Origin: Podarcis liolepis
Taxonomy: Eukaryota
Reading direction: 5' to 3' (one strand)
DNA length: 64,000 bases
Assembly: GCA_965112155.1 (NCBI GenBank)
Contig: OZ218105.1
Positions 40,791 through 54,900 of the stretch are shown here, piece after piece. Position numbers and translations under genes: made by a program. Under the pieces are notes generated by a model that did no database searches, was not told where the DNA came from, and worked only from the letters and a program-made list of their open reading frames with translations. Position 1 is the stretch's first letter; each line of letters opens with the position of its first letter.

Positions 40791-41755
40791 ATTTGCTTTT
40801 TCTGCTGAAGCTCAAAGTAGGCTTGCTGTTAAAAACAACAATAACAACACATGTTTTATTTCAGCCTGTCCCCCTTCCCTATTATACAATAGAGGTTTTT
40901 AGGAATCCATTGTATGTACATCCATAGGCTGGGAGGTTTTACTTCATGGATATCAAAGAAAATCCAGTTTCCTTAGTTTTGCTTGGCATACACACTATAC
41001 AGCTAATTATGGATCTTGGCCCATAGTTATTCTTTTAACCCTTTATGAGGCTTTCATTTAGGCATCCTTCTCATTTCTTTTTTTTTTACATTTCTTCCCC
41101 TCAGGAAATGACATAGAACATTTGTTTTCCAAAATCTCTTGTCCCACACTGACTCACAATTCTACTACCTCATTCTGCTTTGACTGGATTATGCATAAGA
41201 GATCACCTGATTAGTTTAAGCAGCTTACTCAGTATTTCCAAAGTGGTCATGCGAGAATAGTGCAAAGGAAAGCCGTTTATCTTTAAAGACAATAAGAATA
41301 CTTGACAAGGCACACTATAGTAACCTGATTTCTAGTTAGCATGAATATGTTTTATGCTTTGATTTACACCATATATGGTAGTTAATATCTTGTTATGAGA
41401 AAAAGCCTTATCACCATAAAACATTTTTTTGAAGAAAAAAGACCTGTCGCTTTAGGCTTATCATCATGTGTTACGCAGATTATCATCTGCTATGCAACAT
41501 TGTAAATAGCATTTTATTACTTCTACTGTTATTTTCAAATGGGTTTAAATAAATAATCAATCTGATTACAGTTTCCCCCTGCCCATCCTGTACCTATTCC
41601 ACCCCTGTTCCTAAAACAGAATGGGTAGGGTGCAAAGAAAAGAGGAAATACAGATATAAGAAAAGACAGAAGAGAGGAGAGGTTTATCTTCTAAATCAGG
41701 AGCTAAGACCAACAAGTTATCAAACTGAGTTTTTCCAAACTCCCTTCTCGCTGTA

Positions 41756-41952
41756 CAGTGGTACCTTGGGTTACAGACGCTTCAGGTTACAGACTCCGCT
41801 AACCCAGAAATAGTACCTCAGGTTAAGAACTTTGCTTCAGGATGAGAACAGAAATCAGGTGGCAGCAGCGGGAGGCCCCATTAGCTAAAGTGGTGTTTCA
41901 GGTCAAGAACGGACCTCCGTAACGAATTAAGTTTTAACCCGAGGTACCACTG
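41756..41952. mobile_element. Tc1/mariner MITE, same family as 12908-13140
   Basis: Same TIRs, TA TSD and internal sequence. Confidence 0.88.
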
Positions 41953-43234
41953 TATTCAGACCTTGTTTTAAAGTGCCACTCCCCCCCCATACCACCCCCT
42001 GCTTGTGCTACTCAAACTTCTGCCAGTGTTTAAAATAGGCACCTTTTCTCAGTTACCCTCCATCCTTGCTTCATTCAAGTCTCTGCCTTTGTATAAAACT
42101 TCCATTTTCCCTCTCCATTTCTTCCATCCGTGCATTACTCTAACTTCTGTTGCTTTAAACCACTCCCCCCCCCCCTCTTTGTGTGCCTCCTTGCTTTGAT
42201 TCAATGGCCAATGCTGCTATGCAAACTGCCTTCACTTTTGCTCCCTTATCCGGCCCTGACTTCATGCAAATCCAAGATTGTGATGTGGTACCACAAATCC
42301 TTCAATGGGGAGAACTTCACAATGACATTCTTACATTTTTATTACATGAAGAGAAATGGAAGATCTTTTTATGGCAAATGAAGGGATTCAGTTTTTAAAA
42401 AGCCTCGTCTTCCAAGTAATTTGACACTCTAATTAATTGTGAAATGACTGACAGATTTTTGTAGTTCTTTAAGTAATTTCCTTCTGGTTTCTAGCAAGAG
42501 TTACAAAAACACACATTCTTTAGCATAAGGCATTTACACCCTTATTAATACTGAATTCCAACTGGTACATAAACAAAACAAAACAGTCTTCAGTAACTTT
42601 ACTATTGGAATTTCTGCATTTCATTGTGTATTTTAGGCTGATTGCATACTTTGACCTTGCTCTCAAGGAGTATAAACGTTTAAGTTTTTCAGCTTTGTTA
42701 ACGTGATCACATCAGTGAAATCATCCAAAATACTGTAATGTACTTGGTTCATACAGACACAAGGTGAACCAAAACACACAGAGCCAAATGCAATTAGGAG
42801 AACCTGGAGACATTGATAGCTCTTTGGGGACAGAGAAAGCATAAAGTTGTTTCTCCAAAATAATTTGTCTGTACCCTACTCTACAGTAAGGCCAAGGTAT
42901 TGTAATCATTACATGGAGATGTTTGCAATTATCCCTGGAAGGCTTCCATCATACTTCTAGGGATACTATAATAACATGTTGTTATTGTAAGAAAAACACT
43001 GGTGCCTAATTTGAATAGTAGAGTGCTTGGTATCTGGTGGGTGGGGCTTGTGTTTTGCTCCAGAATCAGCCCCTCCAGTGTGTGTCTAGTTATGAATGTC
43101 AGTTAAGAGGGATCAACTGCCTCTTCTCATTTCTTGCCTCAGACCTGACCCATGATGTTGTTTTAGTTTCTCTCATTATGTTATTTTGTTAGAATTTTCT
43201 CTGTTTATTATTAAAGCTTGAAACAAAATTTAAA

Positions 43235-43303
43235 AAATTCTTCCAGTAGCACCTTAGAGACCAACTAAGTTTGTTATTGGTATGAGCTTTCGTGTACATG
43301 CAT
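43235..43303 (-). mobile_element. Penelope-like element terminal fragment, 5'-truncated
   Basis: Reverse complement matches about 56069-56135 but lacks the CTGAAGA half of the hammerhead core. Confidence 0.6.
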
Positions 43304-45975
43304 TCTGTATTATGGCTTCATCATACCTTGCATTCATTTGACATTTCCCATGGTACCGCAAATCTGCTAAAAGCGTACATTGAGCACATGATCACTTCAG
43401 CATGTGCTCAACTAACGCAGTGTCAGCTCAACTCATATGGCCCTGTGTGAATTGTCTGCAGATTAATCAGCTGCATCGTACAGAACTGGTCGGATCTGTG
43501 TGGGAACAGATGGCACCAATCTCTAGGAAACAGTAACTGCAGGCTTGACTGAAGGAACAATTCCTCAGAGAAAGGGCCTCTTGCAAGCTGTTCTGAACTT
43601 CCTTCTACTCCTAAATATATTCCCTGAAATATTTTACAAAACGAATAGTGTAAATATTTTGTGAGCCCTGTGACTTGTCATGATGTCCCATAACTGATCA
43701 GGCACAGCAAGACATGGCATAACAGTGGTCAGGCAGGAGACTGAAAGGTAGGTATGGTGCAGTAAGTGATTTTTAGAATGGCTAGTCTTGTCTGCTATGC
43801 CATGAATATTGAATTTACTCTAGAATTGTTTGTGTAAAGAAGCCAAAGCATTCTGGTATTCTGGTTTCACAGTTGCACATTGTTTTTCATTGTTTATCTT
43901 GGTTGGCATGATTACAGAGTGCAGAATGTAATAGCTTCCCAAATGAATGGGAAAAGGAACATGACAAGGAATGGTTGGAGACTTATTCTGGCTAGAGACT
44001 CCTTCTGGAATGAGCCATGTTTTCTGTCCTCCTCCTTTGTCTAGATATGATGTCAAACTTGTGGTCTGCATTTGCTTCTGCACATGATCAGTTTGCTTGC
44101 TGCGTGACAAAAGGAATCCCTTTTAGGTGCTGTGAACTTTCAATCACAAGCCATTCCTAGCAAATCTAAACACACACAAACAGTTGGATGGTGCCATCCA
44201 TGCACAAACCTCACGTAACTCTCATGAAGGTCAAAATGTGCGACATGTCATTTATTTTGAGCACAAAATCTACTTGAAGCAAAATTCATTCCTGAACATT
44301 ATGCTTGCACAGGAAGTCTTCATGCCAGTATTTGTGCCAGCTGAGGACCAAACTAGAAGCAGATGCATATAAGTTCTCTTCAGTGTCTTTAAAAAACAAC
44401 AGCACTCAAACCCCTTTTGGAATGGTTGTCAAGTAGCAGAGGAGCAGCACTGGGAAAGGAGGCACTTAATCTATCCCGTAAGACGCCATTCTTCCCTGCC
44501 GAGAAAAGAGGTGCAGCTTGGAGGAACTGATTGGAGTGGAAACATGGCTAAAAAGGAAAGGGTACTGTTGTTCCATTGCCCATTAGCTCCTCTCAAATAT
44601 TTTTGGGGTAAGCAAACCAACCAACCAACCAACCCCAAAGACATTGAGGACAAGTTACACACATTGAACTGCATGAACTGTCTAGTTTGGCCTTGCGTTT
44701 CTATTTGTCTGTATTACAGTTGAGTTCTTGGCAACAGAAACCTTCTAGATAGGAAGGAGATAATAGGAATGTAGGAATCTGCCTTAAAACAGTTGAGACT
44801 ATTTGTCCATCTGGCCCAGAATAAGTAGTTGTCCATGGTCTTTAGCAGAGGTCATCCCCATCACTATCTACTGATCCTTTGAATTGGAAATACTAGAGAC
44901 TAAGCCTGAGGCCTTCTGCATGCAAAGAATCTGCTCCGCTACTGAGTTCTGGCCTCTGCACTCATTGGTGACCCCACTTCTTTGAAGACAGCACTGTAGC
45001 AGTTGTTAGGCTCCCATCCGTACATGGTTTACTCTGCATATCTTGCAGTCATTCCATCACGTGAAATGCAACCAAATCAGAAAAATGGTATTAGACAACC
45101 GCATCATATCTATCTTTGGGATCACAACTTGTTCTATGCTGGGCTTAGCCAATGCGGTGGCATCCAGATGTTTTGCACTAGAATCCCCATCAGTCCCAGC
45201 CAGCACTGCTATGCCCCAAAACATGTGAAGGGCACCAGATTGGAGATGACTGCTAAAATACGGCAAATGCCACCTACAGTCAACTTCAAAAGTTATTAAA
45301 CTAGGGTAATTTATCTGGCATATATATTTATCTATAAAACAAAACTGTGTTTTAAACTGATGAGACTTATACCTGACAATCATTTCTAGTGAATTATAAG
45401 TAGTATCACTGCTATTTTCTTTGGCTTCTGTGTACTTTATATAAAAAGGCAGTTAAAAAGACCATTGTAGTAAGCAAATATTTTGTACAAAAATACAAAA
45501 ATTTTAAAAGTATATTCTATATTACTGATCAGAATTGGCCTATATATATTTATATATAAAATTTATATATATTTATAAATGTATATTTATATAATTTGCC
45601 AGTATTTGGGATTTTAGCAAGTGGCTATTGTGTTTACACAGTAGGTTTGTATTCTTTTTTTCTTCCTGTGGAAAAGTCATGATTTGTAGTCATCTTGGCA
45701 TAGTCCATTGTTTTATAAATCTTCAGCATCTGTATGTTTTGTGGTTGAAGAGGATCTATAGCTGGTTTAGTCCAATTGTATTTCCAATTGACGCATTTGT
45801 GCAACGTTGTAAAGCCCCTGAAAAATTAGAAGATAAGGCGGACGAATTGTGCTGACTTTTTTCATCAATGTTCTCAGTGCTCCCCCTTTTGGTTGGGTGA
45901 TGGTTCTGTCCCAGAGGATACTTCATCATTCAGGAAATCTCACTCATTTGTGTCTCTTATAAGGTTCACAGCCTA

Positions 45976-48900
45976 TTACAATCCCAGAGCTTCAGCTAAA
46001 GCAGGAAAGGAAAAGCAATGCATTAAAGTGCTATAAACATAATATCTGTTTTTTTTTAAAAAAACCAATAAGAACAGAATTCATCACCTCAGAAGAGGCT
46101 AATGGCATGCAAATTTGATCCAATTCTGCCCAAAAGTTACAAAAAAAATTAACATTTGTTTCTTGTACAAAGCAAACATGTAAAGATGCCCAACACAAAA
46201 ACAAAACACAAAACCTGGAAAAAAATGCAATTCATTGGACTTTATCTATTCAGGAGAGGCTATTATGTCTGAAAATTTCATCTAATTCTTTCCAAAGGAT
46301 AAAAAGTTGCAACTATTTTTAAATTTTTCAGTAATAGTGAATGGGAAAGACAATTCAGTTTACTGAACTGGGATTTGGACTGAACTGAACAACCTTCAAA
46401 GCACTTTATACTGAATCTGTGCCTTCTGGTATTGAAGCTGAATCTTGTGGACGGTATATACCCCAGGTTGTTGTGGCTAAAGCTATACTTGTATTTCTGA
46501 ATCCTAAACATGCATCAAGGTGTCCTTATGTGGTAACTTGGAAAGAGAAATCTATTGTATAGATTTTGCTTCATGTAGAGGTGGGTATATTTTTGGACAC
46601 GAACTGTGCAAAATACATGGAGCTCATATTTCCAAAGTGTGGGAGGGGGACTAGAGGGGCTGTACAGTCTCCTGCCAGCCCCTTAAAACTTCAATGGCTT
46701 GAACAATAGAAACTGAACTAGAAATAAGCTTTGATCTGTACATGACTGGGTTGAACTGCAATCCTCTTCTAAGGGCTTCCAAGCAACTAGTCATACGCAT
46801 AGAGGACTGGGTCCCCTCTTTTTCCAGCTGTTTAAACTTGGCTTGGGGTTTGGCCCTTGTAGCAAATGAGAATTGATCCTAGTCAAGGTTCTAGCATACC
46901 TTTGTCCATCTCCTGCTCACAAATAAAACTGTTAACATCTTCACAGTGAAAGTCGTTCCAAAGCCCAGCATGGATTAACCCAGCACAATCTTCCCCAGGT
47001 CCATGGCCATGTTTCCAGTTATCGGGTTGTCCAGCGCTCCAGTTTCTTTCAACAAAACAGAAAATAGATCATTCCGCAAAACAAATAGCAAACCATCATG
47101 TGATACTGGGACAGATGAGAATAAGAAAAACAAAAACAAAATACCGACAGTCTGTTCTGAGCAGAAAACATACTCCTTATAACAAACAATGCATGACTCT
47201 TTCCTGGAAATGGAAAACATCTGGGCTGCAGAGAAGAGAATCAATTCAACAAGCTGCCGAAGCTCAGAGACCTAGAATTAGTCCAATTAACTTTGTTCTG
47301 ATTTGGGGATGGACAAGGATGTGTAAGAAGGGGATGGAGCAGTCATGGGGCAGCATTTAGCTGCTTCCTCTGCAGCTGCAGATAAGCTACTGTGACATAA
47401 GGATGTCTTCCTGCTGGATTTGCATATGCATCCCCAAGTCAAAGCAAACTGGTAGTTTCTTGTTATCCAATACACGGAAAGAAGCAGAAAATAAGAGTTT
47501 TAAAATACCACAAACCCAAGGCATATTCACAGTTAACCAGCCAACACTTTGGCCAAGGTGGCTTTTCTGCCTATGCTTCTTCAACCCTCTGTTGCACCTT
47601 TGGAAGAAAAATATACTGTTTGCGTAGCAAATTACATTTCAGATTGGAAATGAACAAAAAAATCCTAACAAGTCCTTTAGCCTTTACAGAGTAAGTTAGT
47701 ATTCTGCTGAAAATTTTACATGATGGGCCCAAAATCACTTGATTTATTAAATGGACTGTGCTGCCAATCTCAGGATTTTAAAGGATCATCTCTGTTGAAG
47801 AAACAGCTTATTAAGTGCAGGGCTGTGGCTGCTGGCTGAAGTGGATGGCACAGCACCCAAAGCTAAATAATATAAGGATTCAAGAACATGTTTGTCGAGC
47901 TCATGGAGTCTGAGTGACATTTTAGGAAGGCACCAAGTTTTCTAGAAAAAAACCAATTACATTTAGCTGAAGTGACTGTTGGTTTTTAGATCACAAAGGA
48001 ACATGCAAAACACGACATAAGATAAACACCGAAAAAAGTTCAGAGGTGCTGCATAAAAAGTCACATGTGTCTATGCCTTCTGTGTTTGAAAGAGAAATAA
48101 AATGGCAATTTGGATTCAGATAAAATCAGACCCTCCCAGATTTCAGATGATAAACAGCAAGTGTACTTCCCTAAATTGCACTCTATACTAAAAATGAAGA
48201 CAGTTTCAATCTGTGGCTCAAAAGAAAGTAGGAACAGCTCTGCGTGCCTGGCTTTCTGCCTGTGAAACTGCAAGTTAGGTACGGCTTCAAGCCTCTCATA
48301 TTTAAACTTCTTTCATATTTTGTTTTTATGTGACTTGGGCTGTATTATCATGTCCACTTCCTTACCTCCCATGCAATATGCAAGCAAACTCCCACTATAC
48401 AGCCCTATATATTTTATCCCCACATACTATGGCAGATTCTCAAAAATGTGAGCCCTTTGTATTAGAATCAAGCACAGCATATTTATAATTTATAAACTAA
48501 AATATACTTTCCTCTGCCCTTCTATCCAGATATGGCACACCTCAAGAATAGCTCACTGATTTATAGATGTTAATATTCCATTGAAGGATAATTTAACTGC
48601 TTCTAAAGGCACTCATGGTGGATAAATGTCTAATGCTTCAATACTGGAAGCAGCAGTCTGTTTCATCTGCCCCCCTCCCCATCATACTGTGGACAGAGGA
48701 CATGACTCAACTGGCAGCAGATGAGAAGGTGACTTTCCATAAACACAATAAAGATAGGAAGTTCCCTAATATACAGGCTCTTCATACAAATCTATTTGCT
48801 TGGATGTCTAACCACTGATTTGGTCTGGACTTGATTTATTCTAATTTAGTTTGTATTATTTGACTGTTTTTGTTTCTTTTTTGAAAATTCAATAAAAAGC

Positions 48901-51900
48901 CTGCTAACCTGACGGGGTTAAAGAGAAGTGGAAGGATACTATGTTCTAATATTTATATATACATAGGATTCATAGAAAGATACAAAGGGCTCAAGATGTG
49001 TTGAGAGAGACAGAATGTGAATTTAGAGGTATCACCTTTGTTGACTTCACTTGGTCATTTGCTCTCAAAGATTGAACACTAAATCTTCAAAGATCTAGAA
49101 CACTGAGAATTCAAAGATTTAACTTCATGTTGAGTTATGCTTGTTTTAGGAAGGTGATTTCAGTTAAGTAACTGAGGATTTCATCAAGATAAGACAGCAC
49201 TAGCCAATTTTGTGTTACATCCTTAACAAAGTGCCAAATGTTAGACAGATTGTGTCTGAAGGAGACAGGCATTATTTCACTTGGTGGGAATAACAGATTT
49301 CAGTTTCTGTGATCCAACTTTGGCCCTAAATGAAACATTGAACACCCTGATTACAGTTTAAAAGGAGCTTGCTCAGTTTGATCTTCTAGTAAGTTTCAAT
49401 GAAAATAATAGAGAATATTTTCCTTTAACATTATGGCCTCTCTTTATGGGCAGTTGTAATACAAATTATTAAAAAAATGAAGAATGAGTCCAAGAAAAAA
49501 AAATGTGATTACTCTATCCCCAGTTTGCAATAAAATTCCATAACAATCTTGGCTTATTATGGTTCTATGATTCTTTTACTCAATGATCCATCTTCTTTTT
49601 TGGCAAGAAAATAAAACCTTGTGAATACAACAGAGAGAAAGCCTGAGTATAGAAGAGCAAAATACAACAACATTTCATGGCAAAGCATTTCTTCAGAGGG
49701 TTGCAGCAGTCTTTCCCATCTGCAGCATCCTGTCTGCATGGTGACAAATAAAAAATCCAATAGCAAGAACAGTAGCAGAAACAAAGAACAATTCATATCC
49801 TTCCTACACGTACATATATTCTGGTAAGGTTCCATCCAGCCATCGCCATTCATCTTCTTTCACTGAGTCCGTGAGGCCAATCCAGAAGCTGCCTTTTGCA
49901 ACAACCTGTTTTTTTAGCCATTGCTGTGTACAGAAGAAAGTACTGGTTGCGTTATTCCATATCTCAAAACATGTAAAGCCTTTGGGCATAAAAGTCCCTC
50001 GAGTCCCTTTTAATCTAAATTGACTACTTGTGGTTTTGAGTTCCATTGCTTATAACCTATTAATTATCAAATTATAGTTATAATAAATATTAATTAAACA
50101 GTGACCACTTTTGCTTCAGACAATTGCCTGTTAGCAAGCACCCTTATAGAGTCAAGCCACATGCCTTGCGAGATACATGGGTGATTCCCACCTCCCCTCC
50201 GTTTCTTTTTAGTGAAATATAGCCATGAGGAAGAGGTCTGCCAGTTGGTAAAAAGCAGTAGGAGTAGGGTATGTTCAACATATTTTCTTTGTACTGTTTT
50301 TCCAATCAACATCAACCTCCATACCTTCTGTCAAGCTAGTAGAGGGGTCGCCAACTTTTTTGTGCCCATGGGCACATTTGCAAACTGGATGAACTATTGT
50401 GAGCACTATGCACACACTGCAACCATGCTTGCATGCAGGCACACACCACAGCCACACACGTGAATACCGACTCTCCCCTTCACCAGCAATTAGGCTGGAT
50501 AAAAAGCCTTCAATTAGCTACAAAAGAATTATCTTTTCAAGCCTAATTTCAAAGGTGGGAGGTTTGGGGGGAGCAGCACTGTGTGGGCACCAGAGAGGAT
50601 CTTTGGGTGCATATCACACAGGTGTCACACTGACAACTGTCTAGAAAGCAAAAGGTATTATTTTCCCCTGTGGGGCCAATAATGCCATGGATACTGCAGA
50701 ATTTTGACTGGGGGAAATAGTATGATGGGAAAGAGTGATACTACCTCACTCACTGATGCTGCTTTGAACAAATGGCAACGTCTAATCAATTCAGTAAAAG
50801 AAAAATTCAGGAGATGAAGCACAGCTCCATGTAGCTTGGCCCTAAAAATAAACATTGTCGACCCTTTTTAAGGAAGTTACTAGTACTCTTTATCAGCAAC
50901 AGCCATGAAATTCCCTGTGTCGCTCTTTTGTGCAAATAGGCCCTTACTGAGTTTAGAGTTGGAACTGTTGGAAAACTGAAACTATGTAATAACCCCTGAT
51001 GTCCCCCACCAATATTTTGATATCCATGTTGCTGAGGTTCCACCTCTAGTTGTCAGAGTATCAGATGCGGTTTATACCTGCTCCTCTTTACTGTTTATAA
51101 AAACCAAATGTGATGATTTTTCTTCACAGAAAGCCTTTGCGTCTTCAAAAATGGCTCTTTCCGATGAAAAGTAGTAACAATTGCCCGAAAAATTCTTCCA
51201 GTAAACAGGACAACCTGAAACATGGAACACTTTTGTTCAGCCAGTGAGCGATAGAAAATTGGGCCCCCATAAATACCTGAATTGATGTGATCAGTTCCTA
51301 AATGTCTGGACACCACTGTGTTGTAGTACAGTGACGTTCCACAATTTAGGATCCAATCAATTTGACAAACAATACCGACTCCAGAATATAATGTGAATGG
51401 CATTTCCATTCATAGAGCTGCAGTCATATCTTTCTAACAATCTGGCCCTTAAATCTATTTTCTGATAAGTATAAAGGGCAAATCAGATACAGTTTGACTA
51501 TAAGTCACTTTGAGACACAGACAGACTGGTAGAGATGCATGTGAGCAAAGAGCTTACCATTAGCCTCACTTTGTAGTGCCACCGGTATTCCTGGACCTGG
51601 TGGGCCAGGAGGTCCAGGCTGGCCCTGTAGTCCACGCATTCCAGGTGCACCAGGCAGACCAGGCAACCCACGTGGACCAGGTATTCCTGGCTCCCCAACA
51701 ATTCCTTGTAGACCTTGAGGACCAGGGGGGCCCTGTGGGCCAGGGGGGCCATCTTTGCCAGGTGGTCCAGGTAGTCCTGGTTCTCCACTAGGTCCTGGCA
51801 GACCAGTCTTCCCCGTTGAACCTCTCTGGCCTTTGGATCCAGGTGAACCTCTGGAACCTTTCCCGCCTTTTTCACCAGGTGGTCCGGCTGGTCCAATCGG

Positions 51901-54900
51901 TCCCTTTTCACCTTGAGGTCCTGGTGGTCCTGGTTCACCTTTTTCTCCTTTTTGTCCTTTGGGCCCAGTAAGGCCGGTAGGACCTTGGGGCCCTCGGTCC
52001 CCCTTGGGACCTCTCGGGCCTGGAGGTCCTGAAATAATTTGAACATGAGGGGAAAGTTAATATGGCAGTTCTATATATTAAAATTAAATTACAGTAAAAA
52101 TACTGGATTGCTGTATCACAGTACCAAGGACTGTGTATATGTATGTGGGCAAAGAGACTGGAACAGGTTTAGGAGCATAAGAAAAGCCCTGCTGGTAAGA
52201 CCGAAGGCCTATCTAGTCTAGGGTCCTGTTCTCACAGCGGCCAGCCAGATGCCTGGGACATGATTCTTACATTTACTTCTGTGAGTGGAAACTAACCCAC
52301 AATTTATATTAAATTTTGAAATACTTTAAACAGTGGGTTTCCACATAATTGTGCTTCAAAATCCACCACAATAGCATATATATACTATATCTCATCTAGT
52401 GCAGCATACCAATAGGTGCCTTTAATTCCTGCATTTAACGTGAAACGTAGTTCTACATTATCAAAGTATTAACTTTTTTCCCCAATGTCCTTTATGCATG
52501 TTTCGGCAAACAGTCAGTAATGCCCGACTTTCCCTTCTGCTGCTTTTCATCTACTTTTTTATTTGACTTTGTTCAGAAAATGTGCATTTAGCATTAATCA
52601 CCCCCTGCCCCCAAGTACAGACATCCCATTTCATTTAGGATTTTGTGTTTCTTCGTATTTCTTGGCATTGCACATCTTCCAACTTTTTGAAATCCTACAG
52701 TAGAGCTTGAAGAGTGTTTAATTTATCTTTAACTAACCACTTAGAGGACAGGGCATAACATTTACTATTTCATTCCCTAACACAGAAATATACTGAGTTA
52801 AAAATTACCTCAAAAATAAAAATGCTTTGAATCCCCAATGATTAAAGTTTTAAGGCCTGTCTCACAGATTTGACCTCTCTTTGACACTTTATGTCAAATT
52901 TAACAGATTGGGCATAAAATATACAGCCATTTTCATGCGTATGCAGCATTATTTCCTTTTCAGCTACTGAGACCAAAAGCAAACTTACAGAAAACACAGG
53001 CAGACATGCAGAAAGCAGAAACTTTTATAAGAAGGCATTTATGCACTCTATGAAACAGACACCATGTATTCATTCTGTTGCCAAGTTAATCAAAGTGGTG
53101 GTTCATAGTCAAAAGGCAAGTACAATTTAGAACATCATAGGCTATCAAACAAGCATATGCAGCCATACTACAGAATATTTAGGTGCAGAACCATTGGCCA
53201 AGTTAGTGTTAAGGAAAAGTAAGGACACTTCAGTAGTTCAGTCCCAGAAATTCAGATAGCACCAGATTGGAAAGTTCAAGATGTAGTACCACAAAGAACA
53301 AGTGCTTCCTAAGCAATGCACAGAGGGACAAAGAAATATTGTGGTTTTTGGCACAACAGTGATTGTACAGCTTAGGCTGAGTGAGTTGTGCTACCCACTT
53401 GCACTAGTACCCATGGCCATGATTTATGATGATATTAACATTGCAGGGAGAAACAAACATTACTAGCCAGTATCTTGGCACTATGTACAGTGGATTATCT
53501 GAGACATTTCTCACCTTGTAGTATTGTGAAATTCTTAATGAGCTGGCCATGTTTAGAATCTACCAGCTTCATTTCTTCCATTACTACAGATAAATTGGAT
53601 ACTTCAATATCTAATCTTGTCCTCATCACGTCCTGTTGCATCCTGAGAGCAGTTGCATCCAGGCGAATATTTGCTAATGTGTTGTTCATAAAAGTCAGCT
53701 CGTCTGTATGTTTACTAAGAGTATCTGTGCATGTTGTCCGGACATCGTTGAGGTTGCTAGTTAGTGTCCGCAAGTGATGAGCCGTGTAGCTAATATTACT
53801 AATGATGTTGACAATATCTTTCTCAAAGTTTTGAAATCGGTCTTCTTGCTGGCTAAACTTGGCAGATGTTCCGTTTTCATATTCTTTATGGCGTTCTTGG
53901 AGCTCCTTCAAACTTTGTTCATTGGCTTGTGCAATAGTGGTGATGTTCTCCATCTGTCCACTGAATGAGCTAAGCTGACTGCTCATATCCTCAAGTGTAT
54001 CATTATTAGCTTTGGCCAAAGCTGAGTTATTGGCTGCTAATGTCTGCAAATTCTGCACTTTCTCTTTGAGCCAGTCTGTGTCCTTCCGTGCTTGGAGGGC
54101 AACCTGCTGAAGGTTTTGAAAGTCGCTTTTGATCCTTTGGATAGCTTGACTTGTATCATCCACAGATCTCTGCAAAGCACTAATAAGATCTCTTTGCTGA
54201 ACTTGGGTCTGATTGAGATTGTTCAGATTCATGATGACTATGTTATGTGAGTGCATTTGACTTTGCAAACTTGTCTGAATGTTACTCGTGTCTTTCTGAA
54301 GGTCATTGATGTAGCCATTGTAAGCTTGGAGAGTTTTGTTGACACTTAAAATCATGAAAGAGTTGCTATCCAAAACACCTTTCATTTGGCTCTGCCGCTC
54401 ATCTAACATGTTCCCAGACTCCTGCAACTTCTCCAGTGTATCTTTGTTCTTTGCTGTTTTCTCTGAAATCTCATGAAGCTGTTGGCGGAGGGCCAGAATG
54501 TCAGCCTTGAAGCTTGAAAGCTCTGTGTTGGTGCTCACAGCTTTCTCTGCAGCTTGGTAATCTAAAAAAAAAAAGAGAGCAAAATAATAATAATTCAGGG
54601 GTGATTTTGTAGCTTATTATTTAGCAGAGGGACTTTGCTTTAATAGAGTTTGCTTCTTTGTTAATTCAACGGATGAAACAAACCAAAAATATTTTGGCAT
54701 ATGGCTGATTTTTAACTCTAGAAGAACAGAATAATGGCTCCTTTTCCTTTAAGACAACATAACCTGATAGTTCCTTTTACTTTAACATAAAACACAATGG
54801 TGCACTTAAGTGCTACTGGTGCCATAAGAGGTCCTAATTTTCACTAGAGTATATATGAATGAATCTCATGGAGAACGGCATTGCCTGCAAAACGGCAAAA

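Noticed and set aside
40567-40927. ORFs spanning poly-X
   Set aside because: Artefacts of the N gap.
51498-52046. 182-aa ORF rich in DHQD/LV repeats
   Set aside because: Alternate reading frame of the COLEC12 collagen exon. The real frame is Gly-X-Y.
53495-54538. 347-aa ORF as a stand-alone coiled-coil gene
   Set aside because: It is COLEC12 exon 5, bounded by AG/GT and in phase with neighbouring exons.
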